A stretch of 64,000 nt of DNA from positions 33,976,001-34,040,000 of the forward strand of contig OZ296656.1 in assembly GCA_965655095.1 (NCBI GenBank). The letters run 5' to 3'. Below are positions 48,329 to 63,372 of the stretch, piece after piece (positions within the stretch are counted from its first letter, which is position 1; every line of letters begins with the position of its first letter). The stretch is from Haplodiscus bocki. Taxonomy: Eukaryota. The notes below the pieces were generated by a model, which saw only the letters and a list, made by a program, of their open reading frames with translations, was not told the DNA's origin and did no database searches. Both the position numbers and the translations under genes were made by a program.

Positions 48329-51300
48329 GTTTGGTGCGTTGGACCCATGACAGTCCAGCTTCACTTATAACCGAATGTCTCTAACAAGTGAGCATGATTG
48401 GTTTCGTAGATTGTTACTTCGGTAATTTCCTTGGTTTAACTAATTAGTGAGAGATAAGTGCAGAAGAAAGGGATAACAAAAATTCCGCAGCATAATTTGG
48501 TTTGTGCAGCTTACGTAAGAAATGAACTGAACAAAAGTGTGTAAGGTTTGTTTCTCTTGGAAGTAGCTACCGTTAGCCATTTATTCCCAGAAGTTCAATA
48601 ATATTAAGCCGATTGCAGCACCAAATCAACTTTATTCCGGGCGCACAAACACCAAAAATTGTCCACCTTTAATTGTCGTTTTTTACTGAGCAACTTGTTG
48701 TTCTTCTTGAGAACATTCTTAAACTGCTCTCCACTGACATGTGCATACCGGTCGCGCACCCGCCAAAATGATCGTTTCTCGGGAGTCTTGGGCTTGTTTA
48801 GGCAGAAAAGCACGACGACTTTTAAGGAATCAAAGATTTGGGACAATTGTTTGTCGAAGGACTTGGTAGGCGTATGAATTTCTACTCAGTACTGTGTTTT
48901 GGTACACTTAAAACTTTTCCAGCACATAACAGCCATGTTTTTGTTCGTTTGCAATAGGTCGGAGATTTCGACCAGACAAAATGACCAGATTTGTTTATTT
49001 TACATGAAGTTAACTAGATGGTATCACTAATATCGCGTCACACATAACGCTTAATCGTTAAACAAATTAAACGTTAATTATTAAAGCTAACCTTTTAGAG
49101 TGATGATTGATGATGGCGATGATGGGCGTAAAAAAAATTAAAAATCCGGTGGAAAAGATGAACAGTGGAATCAAAAAATTTTAACAAGAGGTATTTTCCT
49201 ATGGGCTCCTGCAGCTAACATGCTTGGTACAAACCGACTTCCTATTGGTGGCATGAAATGGCAGCATGCTGTCATTTTGATGTCGATGTGCGAAATGAAC
49301 TCGATCATAAATTTCCTTTCCGCTTACCGAACGGGACTCCTGACTCCCCTTCTGACTTGGTTTCGTTTTCTCTTCTTTTTGCCTTTTTTACTTGGACAAA
49401 CTATTTTGAGTCCATGTTCCCCTTCTCACTTTTTCTTTCGGGCAAATTGTTCTAAAACCAATTTCTCTTCCATTTTTGCTTTTCCTGGACTAAAAACTTT
49501 AAGGCCAACTCCCATTCAGTTCAATGCTCCAAGTTCAGTTTCTTTTCTGGCTTTAGAGAACTTCCGCTTTTTACCTATCCATTCCATACTCTTGCCACTG
49601 GAGTCTAAACAGTGTCCACAAACGCCAGCTTCGGTATTGGCGTGTGCGGATTCCTTGGAGGACCTTTGTTTCTGAAGCTAGAGTGAATCCGAAACTGAAG
49701 CAACCGCCAAAAGGTTCCTCGGAAGAGATTTAATTGGCGTTACATAATGGACCAACTCTCATTTTATCAGCTTCTGTGGTAATTTAGATTTCATTCTAAA
49801 TTCCCAAGATACAGACTAAAAACCCAGAAACCGTCCGTGTTGCAAATACTCTAAAATAGTTCCATTTTTTGTCTTGACATAAATTTCCTCATTTGATTCT
49901 ATTGCAATTCAGCTTTATAAAAGGAGAGTCCCAGAACAACACGTAGATCACTCAACTCCATCAACAGTATCTGTTAGTCAGAAGTTTTCCTACTCCAGAA
50001 TGAATACATCTTTCTGGTCACTAATAACGCTTTTTGCATTAATCCAGACGTAAAATAAAGCTGGTTTCCAAACAAAAAATAAATTAAAACTCAACCATTT
50101 TTAGGTAGACTGATAAATCCTTTTTGAATTCATAAGGTGCAGTAATTTTCGGGCCGACCATGAAATTTCCTTCCCGTAAAATCCGCTAGACAATTGTCTC
50201 GGTTGGAGAAAAAAGGAACTAAGAGAAAATCAGCAAGCGGCCGCTTGAAGCGACCTCTTGCCTGAGTCTTGGACACCAATTAAAACGTTTCTACTTCGAT
50301 AATAATTCCGGAGATTTATTCATGGATTGGAAAGTTGAAAAATTAGGATCTTTCAACCAATAGCTATGCTAATGCAAGTACTGAGTAGTAAATAAAAGAG
50401 CAAACAAATCCTAAAAATAAAACACTAGTAAAATCGTCCAGAATAGCTCACGCCTGGTCAAAGAAAGAAACCTAAGAGACCTGTATCGGTTGGCTGCGGA
50501 CTGCACGTCACCAGAGTCTGTACTAAAAGATAATATACATGAAAATAGTCCTGTTCAATTCACAGCTTGATCTTGACATCTTGGTTGCTGAAGGAGCAAA
50601 AGAAAAGACTCCTAAGATCTAAACCAGTCGAGGGCGAAATGCCAATTACTACGTGTAGACAAAAAACATAAAATATGAATAGTAAATGTATATAAGAGCA
50701 TAATATAAAACCTGTTAAAAAACCACGAAAGGAAAAAGCAGTGCGACAAAAACGAATATCATACTGTTCGCCGTAGCCGGAAGCTCCAAAAACATTCAAT
50801 CCTATAACGTGGATTTTTTCTGCATGCACTTCAGAATTGCCCTGAAAATTTTGCTTCTGTATCTTTTAAAATTTTGGATAACATTGATGAAATAACGCTA
50901 CAATTCCTTCGATTATTGTAAATTGTTCTTGAACGAAAATTACGTTCTGACTTGAACAACTTTTTCGATTTCTTCCACTTTCCGATAATCTGTTAAGTTG
51001 TTGATTAATTGTAACAGCTCTTACTTCAAAGATTCTAACATTGGAGCAAATTTTGAGGACATTAGTTACACGGGGACAGTGAAATTAAATATATCTAAGG
51101 GAGTTAATTTTGGTGATTGTTTCTGAAGAGACCAAGCATGTAAAGCACCTGTGGTTAAATTTATTTATCCTCAGACTGCCTTTATTTCACAATCTCCCCT
51201 TTCCTCGCCAGCAGCTATCTATGAATCAGTCCCCAGAGACGTACATTTGCAATTTAATTCGCTTAAACGCGTTTCATTTTCCTGTGTAAACTGAATAATT

Positions 51301-51699
51301 GGTTATTTCATTTCCTATTTTCCTTTCATCGCTCATAAATTCTTCCTACTGAACTTACGCAATTTTTGTTCAGGTAGCCAGTAAGGCAACAAAGTAGGAA
51401 AGATTAAAGCTTCAGAGACTCTCTTTGTTTATTGATAAAACAACTGACACACCGCACAGGTCGCTTTCATTTAAACAACAAATGGATCGTTAGTCATGCA
51501 ACGCTCCAAGCGAGAGTGAAAATTAGAACCAAATAGTAATTCCAATTTCAATTGTTTTTCTTCTCCCGTACATGCCTCTGCGACACTGAGAAGCCTGTCA
51601 ACTGTCAGAGCCCACAATTTTGAAACTGATTTCCTTTTACTGTTTCACTGTTTCATTAGAAGTGCGATGAATTCTTTTCCACTGCAACTGAAGACAAAA

Positions 51700-54600
51700 A
51701 TCTCGTTTTTTTTCTGCGTTCACTACTATTCTTCACATTGAGCCCCCGTTTTCGACACTTACGTAAGCTTTTTGGCCCTTTCCATTGAATTTTTAGGTAC
51801 TGTTTGCTTTCTGGAAAATTGAATTGTCCTGCAGGAAGTTGCAAAATTATCGTCATTCTTGTCATTGGTGTTGCGCACTGTTTCGAAAAGTCTCGACAGC
51901 TGGGTGGTTCTAGTTTTATTGCATTTTTTACAGGTTCATCATCCCACTTACCAAATTCCATCTGAGCAAACTGAGTGAGTTGAATGTATGAATCTTTTGA
52001 AACAGCATGTTTGTGAAACTCTTACAAATTGGTAGGACAATTGATGAACAGACTGTCAAATCAATGGTTTTCTTATGTAACAGACAAAATTTTCCGGCAG
52101 TCAAAACTTTTTGATAAAAGTTCTTTTCCTTTTGCTGGAATTATTGAAACTTCTTTTCCTCAAAAAGCGAAGATTTTGCAAAATCTTTTCATGCTTAAAT
52201 TTTTTCCGTTTTTTTCTACTGAACGCTTCCTAAACAAGAACCATTAAAAAGCAGAATTCATCTCGTATGTAAGAATTAATTGATAAAAAAGGCTCAATGA
52301 GTGAGGAAACACGGTGAAATTCCCTAAAGAAACTCCAAGAGGGATAGAGAAGAGGTACGATCAAGTCTGCCTACGCAAATATGGTACCTACGGGTTTCTG
52401 TTTCATTTTTTTAGTCGATTTCTTCCTGCGATTGACAAAAACTTCCGTCTTCCGCGGTTCTGCAAACTTCACGCAGGTGTTCTGAGGAAGTTAAAATCAA
52501 TTGGTAGTTATCCTGATCATAGCTGTATCCATAAAAAAGTAGGAAAGTAGGGTTACGATATCGATTGTCAGGGTGCATCGGTGCGTCGTTTTCCGTTGGA
52601 GATGGGGCTAGCAGCAGCTTTCTTGGTAAGGTCCATTGGAACCAAGTTCGCCTGATGAAATAGGTGAGTCACAGGAATCTTCGATTTTCCCATCTGTCCT
52701 CCGGTTTTTTTCATAGCGTGTGATCGCTTGCTTGTTGAAAAAGAAACAGAACGTTTCATGTACGCGGTTCTAAAGTTTCAATTGAGTTGCTTGAAATTGG
52801 TTGATACTAGCATGAGCTTTCTTTTGAAGCATGCCAGGTTTGTCAACGTGTCTTGCACTGGCAACAATGGGAATAATGTAAGTATGACCGATTGCCCATG
52901 TTTCTGTGGTACACCATGCATCATGAATTTCGTCCAGTCACAGACATTGCGTACCACAAATGAAGCTAATGTAGTCGTTACTCTGCCGAACATGAATTTG
53001 TTCCAGAACATGAAATAAGAGTGTTTCGGTTGCATTTGTGCAAGCGTGTTTTTCAGTGGTTAACATTTTTGGCCCTTCGTTAACGAGTGTTGCGAACAAA
53101 AGAGAGGAAAGTCATCACGGGTGAAGAATCGTTGAGCTAATCGGTCTGGATCTAAGTTCATGAGAAGATTCTTTTGTGATTTGTTGATTGAAGAAGAGTT
53201 CTCATACGGTCACAGGTATGGAAGTGTTGAAAAAAATTGAACTAGAGTGCTCCTTTGGACTCTTTTTACGCATTTGTCTATCAAGCAAGGAGTGTGCATG
53301 TTTTCGTGATCAGATGGCATAGAATTCTGGGGTGATTTGTTTCTACAGGCCAGATTGGTTCCCAAGTCCAACAGGGGCTGGTGTGATTATCTTTTCTAAT
53401 GAAAATAGATTGAATCAGTTCTCTCTTGTCAGACTTAAAGTGATTTTAACGAGGAAAATTTGCAGTTGTCATTTAGCAGCAAGATGAAAGATGTTGTCGA
53501 GGCTATAAGTGCTATAGTGGGACTAAAGAGAGCTCGGAGGTGTTGAGCTGGGTGGTACGTTTTAAACTATTCTTTTGAAAGATTTTGAAGACGTTTGCTT
53601 AGCTCTTTTCCGGCGCGGACTAAGTGAAGATGTTAAGGAGTGCAGGGAAACTTCGCGGGCTCAAGTACTAAGTCTTTGGATCAGTTTATGATACGAAGAC
53701 CGAGCACAGTCTCGGGGACTTTTAGAATTATAGCTGGTTATCTTGTGGAAACGTTTAGTGGTTTGATGGTGCATCTTAGTATGACAGAGTTTGGTATTTA
53801 CTGGCAAAATTACGGCTTAATTGTGATCTATCTAATATTGTAATTGGCACTATAACGTTTTTCACCTTGTACTGCAAGACTACCAGAAGTGTGCGAGTCG
53901 TAGTTAATGGTTGTACCTAATTTTTAAGATATATCGATGCTGGAGTTGTTTTTCTTTTTACAGTGTGCTTGGTCAACGAGTCTACCGATTTACAAATGCT
54001 CAGACAAACAATAACGATCGGTCGCGTAATCATCAAACTCGTTACCTCTGGAGCCGTAAAATGGAGCTTGACAAACACGATTACATCGATATTGTGTGAA
54101 AGGAAGAAGAAATTACATTCTGGCGCTGAAAAAATTAGTAAAACTATTTTATCATTCTTTTGAAACCTCGTTTGCTCTGGCAAGGTCATCTCAAGAGTCG
54201 GTTTTGGCTTGATTACGCAGAAAATGCGCTTTTTCAGATATTAAAGAAACCAGCATTGGTTTTTAGTTCTTTTCGGAATGTCAAGTTTTTCGAACGCCGC
54301 TGCTCAGAAAGTGTCATCAGTTTCACTATCCTCTCGTTTGTAGGTTTATGTTGAGGAAAAAATTGGGGTCTTGGTTTATCGCCTTTACCTCGAAAACTCC
54401 ATGAAGAATCTTTTCCGGTGAACTCTGAAGAGTTATGAGAGAAACCAAAAGCAGCAATTGGTCCTTATATTGTTGGTACTAAACATTTTTCATTGAGGTT
54501 CCTCCACAGGATTTGTTACATCTGAGTGTGGCCTAACTTCTAGGCAAGCTGCGGCACAGAAAGTTTGATATTGGTAGATTTATTGGATACTGGATCTTCC

Positions 54601-55200
54601 TGTTTTTGGGCAATCACCGTTTTAAAAGAGAAGCCGCAGAGGATATAGACCTTAATAACGAGCTGCGAGGAGGTTAAATATTTTCGCCTGAGTTTCAAAC
54701 TTACGTCTAGGTTGGAAGTTTAGGTTGGTTACTGTGAGAAGTATCTTCCGGGTTTGAGTCAATTAAATTACTGGGGCGACAAGCAGAGAACTCCACTTCG
54801 AGATGGGGATCATTCTGGGAGCGATCCCCACTTGGTTCCAGGTTTTATACATCAGTGTTCCGGAATGTTTCCGGAACGGTTCCGGAAAGTGTCCGTATCT
54901 GTGGGTTCAACGGAAATTCGTCTAATTTAAACAGAGCTCCCAAGATGCGGGACTTCGTCCTGTTGAATTCCTGGTACAATTTTTTAGTGACCCTGCCTTG
55001 AATTTCTTCAGAAACGTGCGTGATATATTCCTCAGTAATTCCCGGAACAGATAACTGATTCAGTGACTGGCTGTTCCTAGGATGTTCTTGTGTTTCCCTT
55101 AACACAGCTGCCAACTTTCGCTTGTTTTTTAACGTTGCCATCTCCTGAGGGGAGAAAATGTTAAACAGTGGTGAAGACCTAAAAATTTTGTGTTTTAAAA
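51700..55200 (-). mobile_element. Decayed LTR retrotransposon remnant (gag-like N-terminus at 54845-55141, pol-like remnants)
   Basis: ORF MATLKNKRKLAAV...RILGALFKLDEF looks like a repeat-borne gag leader; broken integrase zinc-finger-like H..C..C echoes near 52850-52980. Boundaries approximate. Confidence 0.5.
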
Positions 55201-55816
55201 ATGGTTCCTTGAGTTCAACGAAATGTAGATTCTTTTTAAATTAAAAAACACTTTCAATCAATAACAGTCAACTGAGTCGAAAAATGAAATAGCATTAATC
55301 AGTACAAATCAAACAAAATTAATAATTAATAGTACTTTCGTTTCTCTTATTTGTACCATTTCCCTGGCGGGAAAAATAATTGTTTACACGCCAATTCAAA
55401 GTACAAATAGGGAAAAGTACTTTAATCATGCTAAGTACAAAAGCGAAAAAGCCGGCCCTGGCGGGAAGTAAATACCTTTCCATCCATTTCTTCCCTTATA
55501 GGCCGCGTCTTTTCCATCTTTCGACGGAAAATGTGCGAAACTAATCCGTCAGAAATGGACATCAAAGTGATTATTTCTGCGCCGACACAATTAATATTGA
55601 AATCAACAAAAGATCAAACGTTTTTCCATAATAGGAAAATGTTAATAAATTCATCAGATTAGATAAAATAATAAAAAGAATTCGCGATTACATGCTAAAA
55701 ATGTACATCTGATCTTGCTGAGCATCGTTTAGAGACTTTTTGGACTGGAACTAGGCTTGTTCATAGTCCGTTCCTCATTTATACTGCTCTGTTCCTCGTT
55801 TCTACTAGGCTGTTCC

Positions 55817-55898
55817 GGAACGGTTCCGTATTCGCTAGTAGCACTGCTTATAGCAACGCTGCTATCGGAGTGAAAATGAGTGAATACGGAACTGTTCC
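55817..55898. repeat. Inverted repeat / hairpin
   Basis: ggaacggttccgtattcgct (55817-55836) matches the reverse complement of agtgaatacggaactgttcc (55879-55898) at 18/20. Confidence 0.75.
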
Positions 55899-56199
55899 AT
55901 AGTGCACAGCAGAATAGCACAGCATAAAATCAAGTGACGTCAGCAGATTGGTAGCGAGGGAACACGTACGGAATAAATTTTCAATTTTAAAGTCACGCTC
56001 TATAATTTGCTGTTGTTATTAAGCAAACTCATTGACATTGTCAATTTCAATTTCAATTATTGCACTAGTTCTTGAAAAGGTGGATTTATATTAATAAGTA
56101 CATAAATTAATTATAATAATAGCACCTTTAAGAATAGAATTAGACGGGTCGAAAATAGGTGAATATTCATTTGCTCTGTAACGGTTCCGTCCCAGTCTG

Positions 56200-59100
56200 G
56201 ATCTGTACACCGGAGTAATACGTAGACACTACGCATCATTTACATGAAATACATTAAATTTATAGATAGAAGATAAAGTTGAATGTTTGTCAGGTCTCCG
56301 TTAATCCCTAGACGGTCCGGGGATGTCCATTTCCTCTGGCAACACTTGCCCGCAGGCTTTGCAGACAAGCTGCGACAGTTAAAAGGTGTCAATTTTTCAA
56401 AAATGACAATTTTTTTTATCGTTAGGACGTCTTTGCAGAGATCCTGAGTTAACATTGGATTTGGTAAGAGCAGTTACATGCTTAAAAGGTGAAAGATCCT
56501 TGGAAACTATAAGTTTGTTTCTGTTTGATGATGTTCCTCACGTGTGCTGTACATTAAACATCAGAGCAAACTTGCTTATTCATGACTCGAAGAAAGTAGC
56601 CATGTGGGAGATACACCCGAAGTAGTATGCAGAGACGGGGCAACTATATACGGCATGTCACGACAAGGTATCAGATGTTTCACTGAGACAAAAGCCATTG
56701 GATTGTTTTCAAGTACCTGTTGTCTGTTTGTATCAGACCAAAATACTGCGGCAGGAAGTTCCTGATCAATCGTTGAGCCTGTTCCGAGAGAAGACCTATG
56801 GTTGGCTAGCCGCGAGATTTTGTCTTATATTTCATGTTGTCAACAGTTAAAGTTTCAATGGTTTATGGAGTTGTTTTGTCAATCCCTACTTTACACTTGG
56901 TTTGTTCCATAGAAAGAAGATTTTTTGGAGCAATGCGGTAGTTCAAAAATGGTAGGTTGAGGTTGACCTTTTATGGCGATACGTTGCATGGAATTGGTCG
57001 AGTCTGAGGAAGCACCATCCTCTAGTCATCGAGTGTCAATTCATTTTCTTTGATACATGGTTTGCTTGTGACAGTTCCAGATTACCACGCAGAAGTTTCG
57101 AGCCCGGTAATGAATTCTGGACCAAAGTGGAACTCCACCATCATGCTCGGAGTTTGATGGCAAATTCAGTTCCAAAAGGTTGAACAGCTCTATGTACTAT
57201 CAAAACCATAATTAGCATTGGTTGTGTCTAGTGACACAAACCAGGGGGTGGTCGTCATCAATTTGAATGGTCTCTAACGTTATCAAACTTTGAGTGAAGT
57301 CTAGGGCGATGTTTGGAAAGATATCCATGGGATTTTCATTCAGCAAAAATTCAAGTAGAACGTCAGTGCTCAGCTGATCAATAACGTTCATCGTCACTAC
57401 GAGATTGGGATACACTCAAATTGCGGTAACCGTGGACTATCGGGTTTCCATACGTAAGATTCGATGGAACTTTCTACTCAGAAAAAAATTCTGAGTGAGT
57501 CAAGCGTTTGACCTCTTCAACGAAGAATGGTGGTTAATCGGTTGTCTATTGATCTGCCGGCTAAGACAAGCAGACTGTTTTGATGTTGATTTTGAGGACT
57601 GACGTACCCATAAACTTGGCAAAAAAATTCCTGGCAAGGTTTATCAAAGTGGGTTTGAAACTTGATGCTTGTTATCTCAATTGGTGAGATAGTTCGCAGA
57701 AATCGATCTAGATTATAAAAGGAGATTTACTGAACATGGCTGTGTTGATTAGAGTCTCCATCCGTACTTTTTTCGCCCTGAAACATTGTCAATTAACTCT
57801 CACTCAATTGCAACATAGATTTAAGCAAGTATCTTTCACCTGTTATAAGGTGGAGCGTATTGATGTGTGTCCGTGACTGTGCATTAAAGTTTCGTCAGAA
57901 CCACGCGGTTCCAATTCTCAATGTGTAAATATTGATCTGACTGATTTTGCTTAAAGGATTTTGGTAACATACTAACTGATGGAACTGATGTAGATGCCAG
58001 TTCGCAATGGCGAGATTTTATTTAACACAGGCACATACTTTGATCAATTTGCAGGATCCAGAACCTGCTGCATTTGTGTAACTGATTGGTGATGCACTTC
58101 AGTGTTTCTTATCCTTTTCCAGTTTTCCGGGTTTTGTTCATTCGAAATGTCGAAAAGATGTGGCATGGGATCGAAATTCGAGATTGTATCGGTATTATCT
58201 CTGATGAGGGTTCAACGTCCGAAAAGATAGATTGAACTCTTTGTTCTAATAGCGATGGCCCTGGTCCTGGAAATGGCTACAAGAGTGTGGACTGCGACTG
58301 TTCACAGATGTCAACCTATTTTTGGGCTTATTTGCAACTGGAAATTACGGCTGGCGGCTTTGTCGTTACCCTCATGGGATCTGGTATATCTTAAAGGTCC
58401 GGAGTGTAGACAAGGGAATCAAAATTAGCAATCAGGAAAATCAAAGCTGGTATCAGTGACTGTTGTTCTACTAGTGGCCAAACTGTCCACTGACTGGATT
58501 AACTGGTAATGAAATGGAGCTTCCAAATGTTGAAACACAGAACTAGAGCTCATGATTCTGTATGAAACCTATTTTGAACAGAAATGATACATCCATACCT
58601 ATCAGTGTTCTCCCGTTTCAGTTGACCTTTTCTGGCTGGTTAGCCTACTGGGTGAAGTATTCTTGGTTCTGGTTTTTTCTACGCTGGTCTTGTTCCCTTT
58701 TGAAGCCTGAGTTTTCACTGAGAGCTGGTACATCTCGCATTTGTAGCGAGCGACTCTGCAATTGAGGTATGTATTGAACTCCACTTAGTATTGGAGCTCT
58801 CAGTCAATTCGGGTTTTTGGCTTCTGGTATTTCGCTATTCGCTTCCTCAATTGTTTCAATCAGTTCGGTTAAAAAATGTGCAACTCATTTTTCTTCTTCG
58901 ATGTCATGAAACGTTTTCGTTTCGGACTTCAGATTTGCATTCCAAATAGAAAAAAGGCTATCGTGGGATTCAGAGTTGGGAAAGAGTGGCCTGAACTTTT
59001 CTGCTACAAGCTTATTATAGGCCAAACGGGTGGAACCGCAATTGATGTTTGCCAGATGATTGTATGGGTTCATCCTGTTTGCCCACATCCGGTCCAAATG

Positions 59101-62100
59101 GTCATTTGAAGCAAAAGAGTAACCAACAGTGGGATCTGACTCGACTGGACCATTCAGTTGTTCAAATATTGCAAGACATGGAGGTCGACAGGTTCATCTC
59201 AGCTCTTCTTCTGCTGATGCGTTTTTACTGAAGATGAATTGTATGGAGTTGCTTCAGGGATGATTTGTAAGTTGTCAGGTTAAGTTCGCAGTTTTGGTCA
59301 CAATCATAGACTTAAGTATTTTCAAGGAGTCAAAAAGCTCCAAATAATTCCATATAGAAGTTACAAGACAGTGAATCAAATATATCTATTAACCGGACAA
59401 ATACATGACTTAAGGGATGAAAAATAGGTTGGATGAAACAAAAGAGTTATTTCCGTTGCAGCACATCTTTACTCCGAAGATTGCGAAAACACAGATTCTC
59501 AACCAATTAGAGGAAACAATAATATTTGAGTAATTTTGCGTCAGGCAGTCTCAGTGAATGCTATCAAGCGGTCGTAATGAAAATTCAAATGTGAAGTTTT
59601 TCTAAGAATTCCCCTTATTATACAAAAAGAAATTAATAAGAAAGAATAATTGTTCAAAGTAATCACTCCAAATTCACGTAGGAGGACTTCTGTACAAAGT
59701 TTTCTTTGAAGACTAATCTTTAAGTATAGGGGTTTTAGCCAAATTTTGGTCTAAAGTGTGCTTTTGTTCAAACGAAAAGATATAATCTATCAACTGCAAA
59801 ATCTTTTGTCGAAAAGTATCAACCAAACGTACCGTTAAACACAATTGTTGGGAAAGTGCAAGCAGATCAAATAACCGATTTGCTTTTCAATAGATTTCTG
59901 CTAGAGCTGCGTGACAAATTGCTCGAACAGAATCTAGTGTGTTCCAATTCTGCCTGACAAAGTCAATCGATTTGACTGCAAAAAAACTTCCCCCAAAGCC
60001 AGTGATTTGTATAACCAAGGGAGGCTTCTCTTGAAGACTATTATTTTGAGTTCTTTTGATTTTAACACTTTAACTTGGTGCTAACGCATTGTTGGAAAAT
60101 TTTTTTTATCTGTTAAGCAATAATCAAACAAAATGAATGTGCAACATATTTATTCTTCGTTGTACAAAGAAAAGAGAAAGGTTTTCAAGAACAACTCTGA
60201 CGCCTGAAGAGTCCTGCCTGTCTGTCTATCAAAATTGTCTCGGGTGTAGACGTCAGTATTATTTTCAAACACATTGATCTAGAATTGCCAATTTCATTTA
60301 TGTCAAACGAAAGTGAGAGTTTCGTTTCGTTTTAGTTCATTATTCGGTATTGGGCAAACTGTGCGAACTGCTTCGTTTTGTTTTGCGTTTCAAGTAAAAT
60401 TTGACGGAAAGTTAGCCAATTTTTAGTTATTTCCAGATGGGATGAAGACTTGCCGTGTTGGCCAACTTTGCCTGCCTACGTTACTAATCTCCTGGACCCT
60501 AAACCTAATACCATTGTCTTTGTCCTTAAACATAGAGTCTTCTGTCAAAAATTCGCAAACCAGAATTTTGATGTTTCCAATAACCTAACAGAACATACTC
60601 GTTACTCAACTGCCTCTATAGTTTCCACTAAATTGAACATGCTAATTGTCTGAAGTCCTCGAAGTCCTTTAGTGACCATGCCGGGATAAAATGGGTCGGT
60701 GTAACCACCGAAGGAGAAGCAGGTGGAGGAAACGATAGTGAAAGGGTGACCGAAAGGTTATAAAACCAAAAGCGTTTAGGGCGTGCAAACTCTTCATGCA
60801 TCCTCCCTAATTCTTTTGCAGGGAGAGGAGCTTCGACTTCATCGACAGCGTGAAGAATCGCAGTGTTTTTTAAACTCAACAGCTAGAGGATGGGCATCCG
60901 GTTCGTACCAATGACTGTCTCCTAACGGTAGCATTATTGTCTGAAAAATGCCAGTTTTTTCCTCAGAAGCAACAGGTTATTGTCATGGCACGAAAAAAAA
61001 TGTTGAAAAGGGTAGCTTAGGCAGGTTTTTGTTCGACTTTTGATGTTGGAACAAATTTCTTTATGCATACTTTATTCATGTTTGGGAGTGTTTTGCGGCT
61101 CCAGAAATGTTGAGCTCAGGGATCTTTGTGGCTCTGAGTTTGTATGTAAAATGTCGACAATATCATGGGAACTTTTTGTTTTTAGTTAAGATACAGTGTA
61201 TCTGTCCGAGTAACACACTACGGTGGTAACGAGTTTCACTTGGTTAGGAGGAAAGTCTGAAATCTGAGAAAAAGTTGTTTCGCCGGAGGTAGGTCATGAG
61301 GAATGCCTTTCGTTCTAACGTTTAGCATTTTCAGAAATTCTTCAACGGACTCCAATTTGTCAACGTTCAAAATGAAAGTAACGTCGCTTTCAGTCAAGAC
61401 AATTCTCACAATAAGTTGGAGGAAATGAAGCTTCAGTTGTTTGGGTTGGACCCTCCAAGTTTTTGTTTATGTATACCATCGTCCCCCATGAGGTCTGTTA
61501 ACCTTTAAGGGACAGTACCAATTACGGTATCAGTTTTTGATACGGTCTTTGCTATTGCGTTTTGTTAGCATCCTAGCGAAGTCGCTTGCTGGATGAAAGG
61601 ATGAAAGTGATTACACGTTATTTGACGTGTTTTTCCGGCGAAATTGAGTTTCTTTCGTCTAATATGTAATATTTTTTGAAGATCAGGATATTGCTCAAGG
61701 GAGTCAATTTTGTAGACTTACCGATGACGGATCTGTTGGAAAAGATTTGGGAAAGTAGTATCGCAACCGAGTTGACTCTTTATGTCTTGTTAGCAGCTGA
61801 TGCGGCGTTACTATGACTGAATTATAAACCATCGCCTCAAGTAAAAACTAGCCACTTCAACCAAGTATGACCCCAACGAAAGAAATGTCGGGAGTGGTCG
61901 CGTCAGAGATCAAACATAACAATATTCGATCTTGTTGTCCAACATGTCTTTTCGTTTGTGGAAGCTCAGTAGCAGGAAAGTCTTGAAGCAAAGATCCAGC
62001 TTGAAGGAAAGTTTGAGCCACTTCAGGTATAAACTGAGCACCGTTTCTGGATTTTACATAAGCAAGAGTACCGCGCCGGGAGAACCGGGAGAACGAAATC

Positions 62101-62300
62101 AAATAAATCTGAAAAGATTGACGGAAAGCCAAGTTTCTCTTCCGCAAAGAAGACATTTACCACGTCTATCGACTGTCTGTTTTCAACTTTCGTATGCCGC
62201 ACCAATGTCGGGCTTCAGTTCAAGACGAAAAAATCTTGAAACAAAGCCGGAATAATTTCTCAAAATCTCTACTTGTCGAATACCCTGAAAGAATTAACTA
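56200..62300 (-). mobile_element. Highly decayed Gypsy-like remnant (pol-like, possibly env-like 3' part)
   Basis: Coding-like composition with many stops and weak RT/integrase echoes at 58500-60700; no intact motif. Confidence 0.35.
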
Positions 62301-63289
62301 CTAAGGGATAACTTCAGAACTTAATCAATTGTTGTAATAAAAGTGAAAACTCAGAATCAAAATTTTGTAGTTGTATCAACCCTGCCAGGGTTGTTAAGAA
62401 CGCTTTGAACTGATTGAACTTCTGGTCGTATCTTTCGTTTTCTAATTCCTCGAGTAGTAATGTTTTCTCAATACAAAAATAGACCATGAACAACGCTTGG
62501 ACCTCATTTGATTTGATCCTGAACAGTACAATTTTCCAAATTATATTCTAATTCGGTTATTAATTATTAGCTGCAGTAGTTTGCCAACTTGACTGCTTTT
62601 TGTCTGTCGCCTGAATGATGGGCCACCATTGCATATTTCGTTAATTGGATCTTTAATAGAACCATTGTATGAAAAATATTGTCCATGGCAGAGAACTAGT
62701 ACCCAACAAGAATGGTTTTTTCAAAATCTGCAACCAAAAGTGGAAGCCTTAGCTGCAAGTGTCCTAAGCTTTTAAAAAAGAAGCGCTTCTGAATAGAGTG
62801 AATTCGTGTTAGAAAGTTCCGTCTAAACTTCGACTATTTCGACAACTGTTAGCTAAATGTCAATGATTTCGGTTTCAAGTTCTATTCTATCGATTTATTT
62901 GGACTCTTGTTATCCCAGAGAAATATCGTGTTTTTCAACACTTTTGGTCATCAAGAATTCTGCTGAGGAGAAACGTTCGTCTTAATTCTGCAGCGGTATC
63001 ATCGCGTGTAGAGAGCAGTCTCTCATGATCTCCCTGTCTAGACATCACTCTCTTGAAATGCACTTTTCTATCTTTATAACAGCTTAAAAATTTTACTTCC
63101 ACGTTTGTATGGGGAAGAACTGAAAAAGTCGTTCATCGAAGTTGAAGCCCAATCTGGCAGAAGATTTTTGAGCTATTCTGGTGATCGAATCAGACTCTGT
63201 TCGTTCACGTAGTTTGAATTGATGGGCCTTTTCTCACCTCTGTTTTTTTTGGTACCGATTTTTAGACCGGATTTGCGGGTTTTACGACA

Positions 63290-63372
63290 ATTCGGATCAA
63301 TGTCAGATTCGGACCAAATGCCGGATTCGGACCAAAGACAAATTCGGACCAAAAATTTAAATTCGGCCCAAA
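63290..63372. repeat. Five copies of an ATTCGGACCAAA-like core at 17-19 nt spacing
   Basis: Seen directly; resembles subterminal repeats of a MITE. Confidence 0.8.

Noticed and set aside
48400-51600. Short ORFs that could be exons of a host gene
   Set aside because: No recognisable motifs or consistent splice phases; more likely decayed repeat DNA. Left unannotated.
63290-63372. CRISPR-like array of ATTCGGACCAAA
   Set aside because: Repeats are ~12 nt with 5-7 nt gaps, there are no cas genes, and the context is eukaryotic.
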